Source: a bacterium (GTDB lineage: Bacteria; Chlamydiota; Chlamydiia; Chlamydiales; SM23-39). From it: a stretch of DNA of 62,793 nucleotides. This document shows, piece by piece, positions 50,020 to 59,813 of this stretch; position 1 is the stretch's first letter, and every line of letters begins with the position of its first letter. The translations under genes were made by a program, and so were the position numbers. The DNA is taken from contig JAJXVT010000005.1 of assembly GCA_021781995.1 (NCBI GenBank), forward strand, positions 1 through 62,793, read 5' to 3'. A model generated the notes under the pieces. The model saw only the letters and a program-made list of their open reading frames with translations. It did not search any database and was not told the origin of the DNA.

Positions 50020-50765
50020 TTCCCTTGGCGAGCAAGATGGACTTTAGCGATCAAGATGGGGATGGCAATAATGGCAACTGCAGCCGCGAGGGGATGAATG
50101 CCCATTCCCCAAAGAATGGAAAAATCGTGGCCTCTTACAAATGGTCCAATGCGTAGAGCGTCTAAAGCGTAAGCGGCATGGGATACAAATCCAAACACGG
50201 CGGTTGTTAGACATGTATTTCCTATTTCCGGATGTCGTGTATGGATAGATAGTGCTGCAATGAGGATGAGTGCGGCGAAAGCAACGGCTGCTACAGGACC
50301 TGCTCCTACAATGAACGCGTAGCTGGTTTTCGCTAAAAAGATCGGTTTTGCAAAAATGGTAACGCCCCCTTGAAAAGGCCTAAGGATGATACGCGCAGCT
50401 GCGTTCGGTATGCAGCGCTTGATGGCGGTAAAATGGCCGAGTTCATGGATCAGGGTTATGATATTAGAACTCGATAGGAGAGTGAAGTTCCAGGCGAGAA
50501 GGGATTGGCCCTTTTGTATGTCGAGCGGAGCTCTTCGAGTATACGTCCAAATGCGCAGGGGAATGGATATAGCTGTTTGAATCATCAGACCAATTGCTAG
50601 CGCACTCACGCCTCCGGGCGCTGCAAAGGGAGCGCACAGTGCAAATAATGCGCAAGCGATAGAAAATTCTGCTAGTGACTTAAGGGCCACTTGTCTGATA
50701 ATCTCTTTTGTGCTCGGCGATATTTGAGGCCAGCATATATGGGTGTTGTATATAGCTTGTATCAT
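50016..50765 (-). CDS. M50B-like membrane metallopeptidase
   Basis: HELGH, GGVT, AGP, GHDF within hydrophobic helices. Confidence 0.7.
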   Translation of the reverse strand: MIQAIYNTHICWPQISPSTKEIIRQVALKSLAEFSIACALFALCAPFAAPGGVSALAIGLMIQTAISIPLRIWTYTRRAPLDIQKGQSLLAWNFTLLSSSNIITLIHELGHFTAIKRCIPNAAARIILRPFQGGVTIFAKPIFLAKTSYAFIVGAGPVAAVAFAALILIAALSIHTRHPEIGNTCLTTAVFGFVSHAAYALDALRIGPFVRGHDFSILWGMGIHPLAAAVAIIAIPILIAKVHLARQGN

Positions 50766-50796
50766 TATTATGGATTATATAAATTAAGTAATTATC

Positions 50797-52605
50797 GTGA
50801 CAATCTTTTTCAGTTGTAGCTCTATTTGTAAATCTTATGCTTTACGCCCGCTTTTTAAAGATGTTTGTTTGTCTATTCATGAGGGCGATCAGATTGGTCT
50901 AATTGGGCCTAATGGAGCAGGGAAATCGACTCTATTAAAAATCATTGCGGGGTTGGAAAGGGCCGATAGCGGTGAGGTATGTCCTAAAAAAGGCTTGAAA
51001 ATTGGGTATGTTCCTCAGGTTTCGGAGTTTGATGACTTTTCGGTAAAAGAAACGTTGATTCGAGCTTGCAGTAATTCTTTGGATGAATATGAAAAAGAAT
51101 ATTTGGCATTGGAGTGGCTTGACAAGCTGAAATTTGAAAATGGGGAGATGTCTGCGCAGAAGCTTTCTGGAGGCTGGAAAAAACGGTTGAGGATTGCTGT
51201 CGAATTAATTCAAGAGCCCGATTTACTTCTTTTGGATGAGCCGACGAACCATCTGGATCTCGAGGGGATTTTATGGTTGGAAAAATTTTTACAGCAAGAG
51301 GCTCCGACTTATTTACTGATTAGCCACGATCGTTATTTTTTACAGCACACAACAAATCGCGTTATAGAGATCAATCCGATCTATCCGAAAGGTGTTTTTT
51401 CAATCGTTGGCGAATACGCTGAATTTTTAGAACAAAAAGAGCAGTTTTTGGCGGGACAGGTTGAACAGGAAAGATCGTTGGCGTCCAAGGCGCGCAAAGA
51501 AATCGATTGGCTGCGAAGAGGGCCTAAGGCGCGAACGACCAAGGCGCAGTCGCGCATCGACAATGCTCAAGAAGTGTTATCGGCTTATGCTGAGGTTAAG
51601 GGGCGCAATGTGCAAAAATGCGCTCAGCTCGACTTTCACGGTAGTGAAAGACAGACGCGTAAATTGCTTGTGGCAAAAAATTTGTGGAAAAGGGTTGGTG
51701 AGCGCTCTTTGTTTGAACGGCTCGATTTGACTTTATCTCCGGGGATGCGTTTGGGCTTGGTGGGTCCTAACGGCGCTGGTAAAACGACTCTCTTGCGAAT
51801 GTTAGCCGGAGAAATCTCGCCGGATATGGGAACGCTAAAACCTGCGGACGCTCTACAGGTGGTTTATTTCGATCAACATAGGACTCAGTTGCGAGATGAG
51901 ATTACTTTGCGCGATGCTTTATCTCCTAGGGGCGATTATGTCACTTTTCGCGGCCATCCTGTGCATGTAAATGGGTGGTGCAAACGCTTTTTGTTCTCCC
52001 CTAATTTGCTCGATTTGCCAATCGGGCGTTTATCAGGAGGGGAGCGGGCCCGTATTTCCATTGCGCACTTAATGCTGCAAACCGCAGATCTGCTTTTATT
52101 GGACGAGCCGACAAACGATTTAGATATTCAAACTCTAGAAACTCTCGAGGAAAGTTTGTTGGAATTTCCGGGAGCTCTTGTGTTGATAACGCACGACCGA
52201 TGCATGATGGATCGCGTTTGCAATGGCGTTTTAGCTTTAGGTTCTTCTCCTGAAGGCGCGATGTTCGCTGATTTTACTCAGTGGCAACAAATGCAAGCAA
52301 AACAGATACAAAGTAAAGAAGCCATGCAGCAGCCATCTGCTCCTGTTACAGCCAAAAACAAAACTGGTCTTACTTACCATGAGAAGAAAGAATTGGATGG
52401 GATCGAAGCAAAAATTGAAAAACAAGAAGCTGACATTGTTCAATGGCATAAAATGTTAGAGTCGGCTGAAGTGAGCAATGACCCTCAAAAGCTCACTGAA
52501 ATAGGAACTTCGATTGCTTTAGCGGAAACAAAAATTGAAGAGCTATATTTACGATGGAATGAATTATCTACGAAGCAGTCGGCGGATCGTACGAACGCTC
52601 AGTAA
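50797..52605 (+). CDS. ABC-F family ATP-binding protein (Uup-like)
   Basis: Two ABC cassettes (GPNGAGKS/T, LSGG, LDEPTN), WLRRGPKARTTK linker, C-terminal coiled coil. Confidence 0.92.
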   Translation: MTIFFSCSSICKSYALRPLFKDVCLSIHEGDQIGLIGPNGAGKSTLLKIIAGLERADSGEVCPKKGLKIGYVPQVSEFDDFSVKETLIRACSNSLDEYEKEYLALEWLDKLKFENGEMSAQKLSGGWKKRLRIAVELIQEPDLLLLDEPTNHLDLEGILWLEKFLQQEAPTYLLISHDRYFLQHTTNRVIEINPIYPKGVFSIVGEYAEFLEQKEQFLAGQVEQERSLASKARKEIDWLRRGPKARTTKAQSRIDNAQEVLSAYAEVKGRNVQKCAQLDFHGSERQTRKLLVAKNLWKRVGERSLFERLDLTLSPGMRLGLVGPNGAGKTTLLRMLAGEISPDMGTLKPADALQVVYFDQHRTQLRDEITLRDALSPRGDYVTFRGHPVHVNGWCKRFLFSPNLLDLPIGRLSGGERARISIAHLMLQTADLLLLDEPTNDLDIQTLETLEESLLEFPGALVLITHDRCMMDRVCNGVLALGSSPEGAMFADFTQWQQMQAKQIQSKEAMQQPSAPVTAKNKTGLTYHEKKELDGIEAKIEKQEADIVQWHKMLESAEVSNDPQKLTEIGTSIALAETKIEELYLRWNELSTKQSADRTNAQ

Positions 52606-53361
52606 TGTCAACGGAGCTGAGTTGAGAATGAAAACGGAAACTATTGGATGAACGCCAACTCTCCATAAACGTTGAAAATCACCATGGTGATTCCACAAGG
52701 TGGAAATGGCGTAAATCGATTCTGTTGTGTAACTAGTGACAGCCATGATTATCAACACACGACTGAATTCTGGCCACTTATGACGAGATGCTCGATAGCC
52801 TAGATAGTAAAAAGGAGCAGCTAATACACTAAATCCGGGACCTGCAGATGCTATCAAAGGAAGCACTTCATTGGAGCCAAACGCATTTCCAATGTTGGAA
52901 ACGATTGAATCTTGGTAACTGGTGATACCACCAGCGTAAGGCGTAATGACAATGGATGGATTGGAGTGGCTCAACAGGAGTTTTGCTGCGCAAAAATGAC
53001 CGAATTCATGCCATAGAACAATCGCGTTTAAACCAGAATTAGCCACAAATACAATAGGTGCAGTATAACCCATCGCACGTGTTGGAATAGAAGGTTCCCA
53101 TTGAGGATCTTGACTGGCTGCGTATTCTCGGCCAATTCTTAGACACAGATTTATTGCGGTTTGCGCCGCAAGTCCGATTCCTAAAATCGCAAGACTATCA
53201 TTAGCCGGAAGAAAAGGAGTGCACGCTGCCCCAATCGCGATTGAAGCTCCCAATTCAGTCAATGTGTGTAACGCCACTCGACGCACCCGTTCGAGAGGAA
53301 GGGGCCATATTTGGCACCCGCAGCAAGAGACCGCAGACCTGATTCGCTGTATGTTAATCAT
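52564..53361 (-). CDS. M50B-like membrane metallopeptidase, paralog
   Basis: HEFGH, GGIT, AGP, HGDF, GVHP; same layout as 50016..50765. Confidence 0.7.
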   Translation of the reverse strand: MINIQRIRSAVSCCGCQIWPLPLERVRRVALHTLTELGASIAIGAACTPFLPANDSLAILGIGLAAQTAINLCLRIGREYAASQDPQWEPSIPTRAMGYTAPIVFVANSGLNAIVLWHEFGHFCAAKLLLSHSNPSIVITPYAGGITSYQDSIVSNIGNAFGSNEVLPLIASAGPGFSVLAAPFYYLGYRASRHKWPEFSRVLIIMAVTSYTTESIYAISTLWNHHGDFQRLWRVGVHPIVSVFILNSAPLTLLSVRTIRRLLRR

Positions 53362-53468
53362 TTCTTAACAAATAGCGATCGGCCTTATTTTTTTAAACTT
53401 TTTTTAAACTATTTTTGCAATTTGTTGATAGTTAATATTTTGAGTATAAATATACGATTTCTGCGTAA

Positions 53469-54026
53469 TTATGCAGATAAGAGGGAGGGGTTGATTTTCC
53501 AAAGATGAGAAGAATGGGTGGCAAAAGACGTGCGAGGCTGAATTGCGATGGCTAAATAAAATCCGTATTCTGGGGGGTGGGCTGAGAGATGTTTCTGTGA
53601 TCGCATTTGTTCTAATTCTGTAGATTTAAGTTTAAAAAAATAAATTTCGTTTACACCCCAGCTATAGAGCCCTTCGATTGTAAAGGGATATTCAGTTCCT
53701 ATCTCTTGAAGGGGGCCGAGATAATTGAATGCTGCTTCGCGAGCGGAGATGACTGGAACATGCACTCCTATGTTTGCTTGTAATAATAACAACGAATCGG
53801 GAGCTAATTTTAAATTGCGATGCAAATAAGGTAATAAAGAATTGGTGAATTCAGGGGGTACCTCCAGATATAGAGCTCCATTGGATTTTTGACGAAGGGT
53901 GCCTTTGGCTCGAAAATGGGAGCTGGAAAGAGCTAGGCTGGTTGGTAATGGGTGTGCTCGAGGTGTTTGAAAACATTCCTTGCACAAGTAGTGGATAGGG
54001 CGGGGTTGTTTTTCTGCAATAGTCAT
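53469..54026 (-). CDS. Hypothetical protein, possibly degenerate 2H-phosphoesterase fold
   Basis: GVHVPVI resembles the first HxS/T motif; the second motif is not conserved. Confidence 0.5.
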   Translation of the reverse strand: MTIAEKQPRPIHYLCKECFQTPRAHPLPTSLALSSSHFRAKGTLRQKSNGALYLEVPPEFTNSLLPYLHRNLKLAPDSLLLLQANIGVHVPVISAREAAFNYLGPLQEIGTEYPFTIEGLYSWGVNEIYFFKLKSTELEQMRSQKHLSAHPPEYGFYLAIAIQPRTSFATHSSHLWKINPSLLSA

Positions 54027-54060
54027 GTGTTGCAGTGATTATATCAGTAATTATATTGTT

Positions 54061-55401
54061 TTACAATTGCAATAATTTGTTGTTAGTTTCGATTGATCCA
54101 ATTAATGTCTGGTGTCCGAAGCTGTGAATATTAACTTTTTGAAAAGTCCCAATTAGAGACTCATCTCCTTGAAAAATGACTTTTTTCCAACAGCGGGTAC
54201 GTCCTTTCAGCATTGCGCCGTCTTTGTTATAACATTCGACCAGCACTTCAAAAGTTTTCCCTAATAAGGAATTTCTTTCTTCGTTTCCGATTTGCGTTTG
54301 AAGATCCATCAAACGTTGCAAGCGGTCTTGTTTGACTTCTTCCGGAATGTCGTCTTTCCAGCGCATGGCGGGGGTTCCTTTGCGTGGGCTGTACGCATAA
54401 ATAAAAGCGACTGAAAAACGTAGGGCTTTCATAATGTCATAAGTTTCTTGAAATTCCTCTTCGGTTTCAGTGGGAAATCCAACGATAATATCAGTGCCTA
54501 GCGAGACGTTGGGTACGATTTCTCGTAGGAGAGCAACTTTTTCTAAATACTGCTCTTTGGTGTAGATGCGGTGCATCTTTTTTAAAATTCGGCTTGAGCC
54601 TGCTTGTATTGGGAAGTGAACAAATTCGCACAGCGAGGGGAGGTCTCGGATGGCTTCCATTAGTTCTCTCGTGATGTCGATTGGATGGGATGTCATGAAG
54701 CGAATGCGTCCCATTTGAGGGATTGCGTCGAGTTTTCGTAGTAAGTCATGGAATAAACAACCCCATTCAGGGCGGTCCTTTCCGTAGCTGTTGACGTTTT
54801 GCCCGAGAAGGGTGATTTCTTTATATCCCTGGTCTATGAGTTTTTTGCATTCTTCAATGATACTTTCTGGCGGGCGCGATACTTCTTGGCCGCGCGTATA
54901 TGGGACGACGCAGTAAGTGCAAAACTTATCGCAGCCGCGGATGATCGATACGTGCGCTTTTAAATTGCTTTCTCTCTTAGCTGCCAGGTAGTCAATATTT
55001 TCTTCGAATTTTTCTTCTGTTCGCAGCACCTGGCGATTTGTGTAAAGAGCCTCGTCCAAGACGCTGCCGAGATCTGTAATATTATTGGTTCCGACTACGA
55101 AATCAAGATGGGGGAATTTGCGAAAAAGAGAGTCTCTTTTTGCCATGGCCATACATCCGGTAACTCCGATGAGGGCGTTTTTCTTGGCGCCGCGTCCCAT
55201 GCGGCCTAGTTTGCCCATGACCTTTCTTTCAGCTAAGTCCCGTATGGAACAAGTATTAAAGATAAGCAGGTCGGCGGAGTCTTCATCTGCTGCAGGTATT
55301 AAATTTCTTTTTTGAAGCTGGCCGGCCATAATGTCGGTATCCAGCTCGTTCATTTGGCATCCATAGGTGCGAATGAAATAAGTTTTGATTTCCCGTGTCA
55401 T
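54061..55401 (-). CDS. miaB: tRNA i6A37 methylthiotransferase MiaB
   Basis: TYGCQMNE, NTCSIR, GCDKFCTYCVVPYTRG, LLGQNVN, TSHP, TRAM-like tail. Confidence 0.93.
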   Translation of the reverse strand: MTREIKTYFIRTYGCQMNELDTDIMAGQLQKRNLIPAADEDSADLLIFNTCSIRDLAERKVMGKLGRMGRGAKKNALIGVTGCMAMAKRDSLFRKFPHLDFVVGTNNITDLGSVLDEALYTNRQVLRTEEKFEENIDYLAAKRESNLKAHVSIIRGCDKFCTYCVVPYTRGQEVSRPPESIIEECKKLIDQGYKEITLLGQNVNSYGKDRPEWGCLFHDLLRKLDAIPQMGRIRFMTSHPIDITRELMEAIRDLPSLCEFVHFPIQAGSSRILKKMHRIYTKEQYLEKVALLREIVPNVSLGTDIIVGFPTETEEEFQETYDIMKALRFSVAFIYAYSPRKGTPAMRWKDDIPEEVKQDRLQRLMDLQTQIGNEERNSLLGKTFEVLVECYNKDGAMLKGRTRCWKKVIFQGDESLIGTFQKVNIHSFGHQTLIGSIETNNKLLQL

Positions 55402-55526
55402 AAGGGGGGCACTATACCATACCCCAATAATCCCCATCAAGCAGGAAAAAAGGAGAATGTGTATTGAAATAAATCGCCTAATTCATTATGCTAGCTCCTT
55501 TCAAGTTTTTTGATACAGGAATGTCC

Positions 55527-55973
55527 ATGAACCACAAACAGAAGACTTCGCTACTGACGAAACAAGAGGCCGGAAGCTCCCGCAAATGGTACCTCTTCGA
55601 TGCGTCCGGCAAAACGCTCGGCCGCTTTGCTGCTGAAGTCGCCAAAATTTTGCGCGGGAAACATCGTCCAGATTATACTCCTTACGTCGATTGCGGCGAT
55701 GGCGTAGTCATCATCAACGCAGATAAAGTTGCCGTAACGGGAATGAAAGCTGCTCGTAAAATCTATCGTAGCTACACAGGCCATATTGGCGGATTGCGTG
55801 AAGTTCCTTATTCGATCATGATTGCTCGTCATCCGGAGCGCGTTCTCGAGAGAGCTATTCACGGCATGATGCCAAAAACCCGTCTAGGCGGCCAACAGGT
55901 GAAAAAATTGCGCATTTTCGCCGGTGTTGAGCACAATATGCACGCACAAAACCCAACCCCAGTGAATATCTAA
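55527..55973 (+). CDS. rplM: 50S ribosomal protein L13
   Basis: LGR, LRGKH, YTPYVDCGD, GMMPK; start 55527 after agga. Confidence 0.96.
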   Translation: MNHKQKTSLLTKQEAGSSRKWYLFDASGKTLGRFAAEVAKILRGKHRPDYTPYVDCGDGVVIINADKVAVTGMKAARKIYRSYTGHIGGLREVPYSIMIARHPERVLERAIHGMMPKTRLGGQQVKKLRIFAGVEHNMHAQNPTPVNI

Positions 55974-55985
55974 AGGAATTACTAC

Positions 55986-56375
55986 ATGGAAGATGAAACG
56001 ATTGGAATTGGCCGCAGAAAAACGGCTGTCTCTTCTGTCCGCATGCGCCGAGGATCAGGTATCATCGACGTAAACGGTCGAGCATTCGAGCAATATTTCC
56101 CGCTTGAATTGCAAAGAGAAGAGATTCTCGCTCCGCTTCGAAAGTTCGACAGCCCAGATAAGTATGACCTGTTGATCCGCGTTAAAGGTGGTGGACTTGA
56201 AGCTCAAGCCATTGCTACACGTCTCGGAGTTTCCCGCGCTCTCGTTACAAATAATGAGGAAATTCGCGGAAGTCTCAAAGAGCTCGGGTATCTGACTCGA
56301 GATCCACGGAAGAAAGAACGTAAAAAATACGGTCGCAAAGGCGCTCGTAAACGCTTCCAGTTCTCTAAACGATAA
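55986..56375 (+). CDS. rpsI: 30S ribosomal protein S9
   Basis: [27 protein letters not shown]. Confidence 0.97.
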   Translation: MEDETIGIGRRKTAVSSVRMRRGSGIIDVNGRAFEQYFPLELQREEILAPLRKFDSPDKYDLLIRVKGGGLEAQAIATRLGVSRALVTNNEEIRGSLKELGYLTRDPRKKERKKYGRKGARKRFQFSKR

Positions 56376-56382
56376 TTTTATT

Positions 56383-56416
56383 ACAGACCTTCGTCAGTCG
56401 CGGGGGTCTGTTTTTT
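56383..56416 (+). terminator. Intrinsic terminator of rplM-rpsI
   Basis: acagaccttcg / cgggggtctgt stem (two G-U pairs) followed by a T run. Confidence 0.75.
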
Positions 56417-56456
56417 CTATTTTATAATAAAAATCTTTTTGTTATTTCCTGGATTT

Positions 56457-56945
56457 ATGAGTCCAGAAGGCAAACCGGTTTCCGAATCGGCAATCATAGA
56501 TCAAGTTATTGAAGTGTTTCCCAACGACCTAAATACTCATGGAACCCTTTTTGGGGGTAGAGTTATGGAAATTATCGATACGCTGGCTTCTATTGTTGCT
56601 AAGCGGCACTCAGGCTGCGTGTGTGTGACATTGGGGATTGATTCAGTTCGTTTTCTCAATCCTGCTCGGCGCGGTGATATTCTTGTGTGTATGGCGTCGG
56701 TCAACAAAACTTGGCATACATCAATGGAAGTTGGAGTCAAGGTGGTAGCAGAAGACTTTCGTTCGTTGGAGAGAAAGGATATTTTATCTGCTTATTTTAC
56801 TTTTGTTGCAGTGGATGATAACCATACTCCGGTGCAAATTATATCGGTAATACCGGAGACTCCTTCTGAAGTACGTCGTTTTGAAGAGGCGGATCGTCGA
56901 CGCAAACATCGCTTGGCTGAAAGAGACCGACGCCATAAAGACTAA
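56457..56945 (+). CDS. Hotdog-fold acyl-CoA thioesterase (YciA-like)
   Basis: PNDLNTHGTLFGG, TSMEVGV, YFTFVAVD. Confidence 0.9.
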   Translation: MSPEGKPVSESAIIDQVIEVFPNDLNTHGTLFGGRVMEIIDTLASIVAKRHSGCVCVTLGIDSVRFLNPARRGDILVCMASVNKTWHTSMEVGVKVVAEDFRSLERKDILSAYFTFVAVDDNHTPVQIISVIPETPSEVRRFEEADRRRKHRLAERDRRHKD

Positions 56946-56973
56946 TGCGTTAGTTTATTGTTTGACAACCCCT
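56944..56973 (-). repeat. Solo end of MITE-like element
   Basis: Reverse complement aggggttgtcaaacaataaactaacgcatt matches the left TIR at 44577 at 29/30. Confidence 0.85.
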
Positions 56974-56981
56974 TAGCTCGA

Positions 56982-58511
56982 TTACTCGAATCGATAAATT
57001 TCTGCGTATTTTTCTTTCAGGTAACGGCAATAGGGTTGATGAGAGAGAGGCTTTCCTGAAACTCTTTTTACCAGTTCGTCCATTGTATAACGGCGCCCGT
57101 GTTGGTGGATATGTATTTTCAACCATTCGCGGATAAATGCTAGATCTCCATGAGCGAGCCGTGTGGCCCAATCTGGATGTTTTTTTTCAAAGGCTTGAAA
57201 AAATTGCGCAGCGAGTAGGTTGCCTAAGGCGTAAGTGGGAAAATAACCGAAATCTCCGAGCGACCAGTGGATATCTTGTAAACATCCCTGGGCATGGTTT
57301 GGCGGAGTGAGGCCAAACAGCTCTTTAAATTTTGCATTCCAAGCTTCTGGCAGATCTAGCACAGAAAGTTTTCCAGCGATCAATTCTTTTTCTATGGAAA
57401 AGCGTAAAATCACATGTAGGCAGTAGGTCACTTCATCAGCTTCTACACGAATAAAAGAGGGCGTAACTGTATTAATAGCGCGGTAAAAACGCTCTAAGGG
57501 AACTTTTTGCAATAAATTGGGGACTTTTTTTTGCAGAGCCGGGTACATGTGTTTCCAAAAAGGAAAACTGCGGCCAATGAGAGTTTCCCACCAGCGAGAT
57601 TGGCTTTCGTGAACGCTGAGTGACACGCTTTCGCTCAATGGGGTTCCCCAGGTCTCCGTAGGTAGACCCATTTCGTACATTGAATGACCGGCTTCGTGCA
57701 GCACGGAGAAAATATTGCTCATGAAGTGAGTGGGGATAATACGGGAAGTAATTCGACTATCTTTCGGATGTAATGCCATAGAAAATGGATGTGAGGATAG
57801 ATCGAGTCGGGTATAGCCGGGGTCGACCGGCATTTTATTGGCAAATAGGTGGCCGATCTCTTGTTGTAAGAGAGGATCTACTTTGCGGTGTAAAAAACGA
57901 TTGTCAATCTTACGGCTTTCGGTAATTTTTTCGCGCAATTGCGTAAGTTCTTTTTGAAGCGGTTCAAAAAGATGGGCCACTCGCGTGGACGTGGCGCATG
58001 GTTCGTATGCTTCTAAAAGCGCGTCGTAGGGGTGGTCGGAGTAACCGTACATCTCAGCTTTTTTGCGATTTAGATCGATGATCTTTTCTAAAAATGGGGC
58101 GAAAAGCTTGAAATTGTTTTGCTGCTTAGCGATCGCCCAAATTTGGCTGGCTTCCGAGGTTACTTGGGCAAAATTTTTTACAAATTGGGAGGGGAGCTTC
58201 GCGGCTCGGTCGTAGTCTTTGAGCCATTCGCGGACGATGACTTTTTGGGGAAGCGATAGTCCCTTGGCTTTTATTGCGCCTGTTTTAAAACTGATTAGTT
58301 TGGTTAACAATGCTTTAAATCCTCTAGAGCGCTTTTCTTCATGAATCAGTTCAGAAAGTAAGGAAATTTGTTCGCTGCGAGGGCCAATGGCACCACTTGG
58401 CATGAAAGTTTCTTGATCCCAGTGCAAAAGTTGCAAGATCGAATTATAAATTTGGATGGATTTGGACTTTTCTAGGAGCTGTTGGTAGTGTGAGTTTTTT
58501 TTTAATGCCAT
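56982..58511 (-). CDS. Carboxypeptidase Taq (M32)
   Basis: HPF, HEAGH, HESQS, IRVEADE, GCLQDIHW, GYFPTY. Confidence 0.94.
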   Translation of the reverse strand: MALKKNSHYQQLLEKSKSIQIYNSILQLLHWDQETFMPSGAIGPRSEQISLLSELIHEEKRSRGFKALLTKLISFKTGAIKAKGLSLPQKVIVREWLKDYDRAAKLPSQFVKNFAQVTSEASQIWAIAKQQNNFKLFAPFLEKIIDLNRKKAEMYGYSDHPYDALLEAYEPCATSTRVAHLFEPLQKELTQLREKITESRKIDNRFLHRKVDPLLQQEIGHLFANKMPVDPGYTRLDLSSHPFSMALHPKDSRITSRIIPTHFMSNIFSVLHEAGHSMYEMGLPTETWGTPLSESVSLSVHESQSRWWETLIGRSFPFWKHMYPALQKKVPNLLQKVPLERFYRAINTVTPSFIRVEADEVTYCLHVILRFSIEKELIAGKLSVLDLPEAWNAKFKELFGLTPPNHAQGCLQDIHWSLGDFGYFPTYALGNLLAAQFFQAFEKKHPDWATRLAHGDLAFIREWLKIHIHQHGRRYTMDELVKRVSGKPLSHQPYCRYLKEKYAEIYRFE

Positions 58512-58524
58512 GAGTTGGGATATA

Positions 58525-59586
58525 TCAGAAAAGGCGATTTTCAGCGCGTCGGAATTTTTGAATGGCGTAAAATGATAGCAGAATTAAAGGGGTCCACATT
58601 GCTGCCCATGGCGCAATCACTTGATTTTCACCAAGGATCAGCAGGCTATCGAAAAGAATTTTCAAGGACAAAAAGGAAAACAGGCTAAGGGCCGAGATGA
58701 GGAAAACGGGTTGTTTTCGAGAAAAACGGGTTGCGATCGGTGCTATGAGGAGTAAAAGTAGCGGGGCGAGCCATGGAATGGCTAATTTGTAGTGCAGATG
58801 CGTGCGGACGCTTGCTATATCGGATGAAGCGTATAGCGCTTCACGAAAAAGGGTGGAAAGAGGACGGCTTTCAAAAGGAACAAAAGTTTTTGGGGCGGTT
58901 TCTTCTGATAAGGGAATTTCCGGAAACGGACGGGAATCAAAACTTTGTGTTTTTGTAAAATGAGGCTTTCTTTCTAAATGATCGGCAAAACTAGCATGCG
59001 GCACGCTTTGGCCGATGTTTAGAGTTTTCATATGCCAAATGTCTTTGGGGGATCGAATCCAAAACACATCGAATAGCTCATGAGTCGTTGATTCATATTT
59101 TTGGTAGATAAGTTCCGAACCGTCTTCTAAGGCAAGTGCCTGGCATTTATTTCGGCGTACTTTCTTTTTGTGTTTTGAATGAGCGCTTTTAAAGGTTTGG
59201 GCAGCGAGTGTGGCATCGGGTGAGAACCATTGGCTATTGGCGTAACATAGTGCAGACAGCGTTAGGGCAAAGGCTAAAAATGGAAGTAAGATTTTGCGTT
59301 TGGATAAACCTGCCATTTGCAGGGCAACGAGTTCTAGGTTGTGATTGAGATCAAAAAGTAATTTCAAAATTGCAAGTAAAAAAGTTAATGGTAAAAATAG
59401 ATCGAGATGCATGGCAAATTGTTGCATGTAATATAACATGAGATTGAGAGTTTGCATTCCTTTATGAAAAAAGCGAATGCCATTAATAGATAGATCAACG
59501 AGCACATAAATCGTAAATATAGAAAGAAGTAGAAAGCAAAAAATAGAAATTAATCTTTTGAGTAAGTATTTCTGCCAAATTTTCAT
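58525..59586 (-). CDS. LptF/LptG (YjgP/YjgQ) family permease
   Basis: 3+3 TM layout around a soluble domain; ELVALQMAGLS motif. Confidence 0.82.
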   Translation of the reverse strand: MKIWQKYLLKRLISIFCFLLLSIFTIYVLVDLSINGIRFFHKGMQTLNLMLYYMQQFAMHLDLFLPLTFLLAILKLLFDLNHNLELVALQMAGLSKRKILLPFLAFALTLSALCYANSQWFSPDATLAAQTFKSAHSKHKKKVRRNKCQALALEDGSELIYQKYESTTHELFDVFWIRSPKDIWHMKTLNIGQSVPHASFADHLERKPHFTKTQSFDSRPFPEIPLSEETAPKTFVPFESRPLSTLFREALYASSDIASVRTHLHYKLAIPWLAPLLLLLIAPIATRFSRKQPVFLISALSLFSFLSLKILFDSLLILGENQVIAPWAAMWTPLILLSFYAIQKFRRAENRLF

Positions 59587-59813
59587 TGGGTCGATGCTCG
59601 AGAAGGTTCTGCATGAAAATTCTACCTTGTTGTCGCGATTGACTCAACCATTGCTTTAGAAACTGTGCCAAAAAATCGTTTTTAAGCCCTTTAACATGAG
59701 CGCTCGAGTTTTGCAATTGCCTCTAGAAATCGAGGGCGTCTCCTCTAATGATCGGTGTACCTTTTCAATTAATCAGTGGTCTGCTAAGCTCTCGCGTTCA
59801 AAAAAAACTGCAT

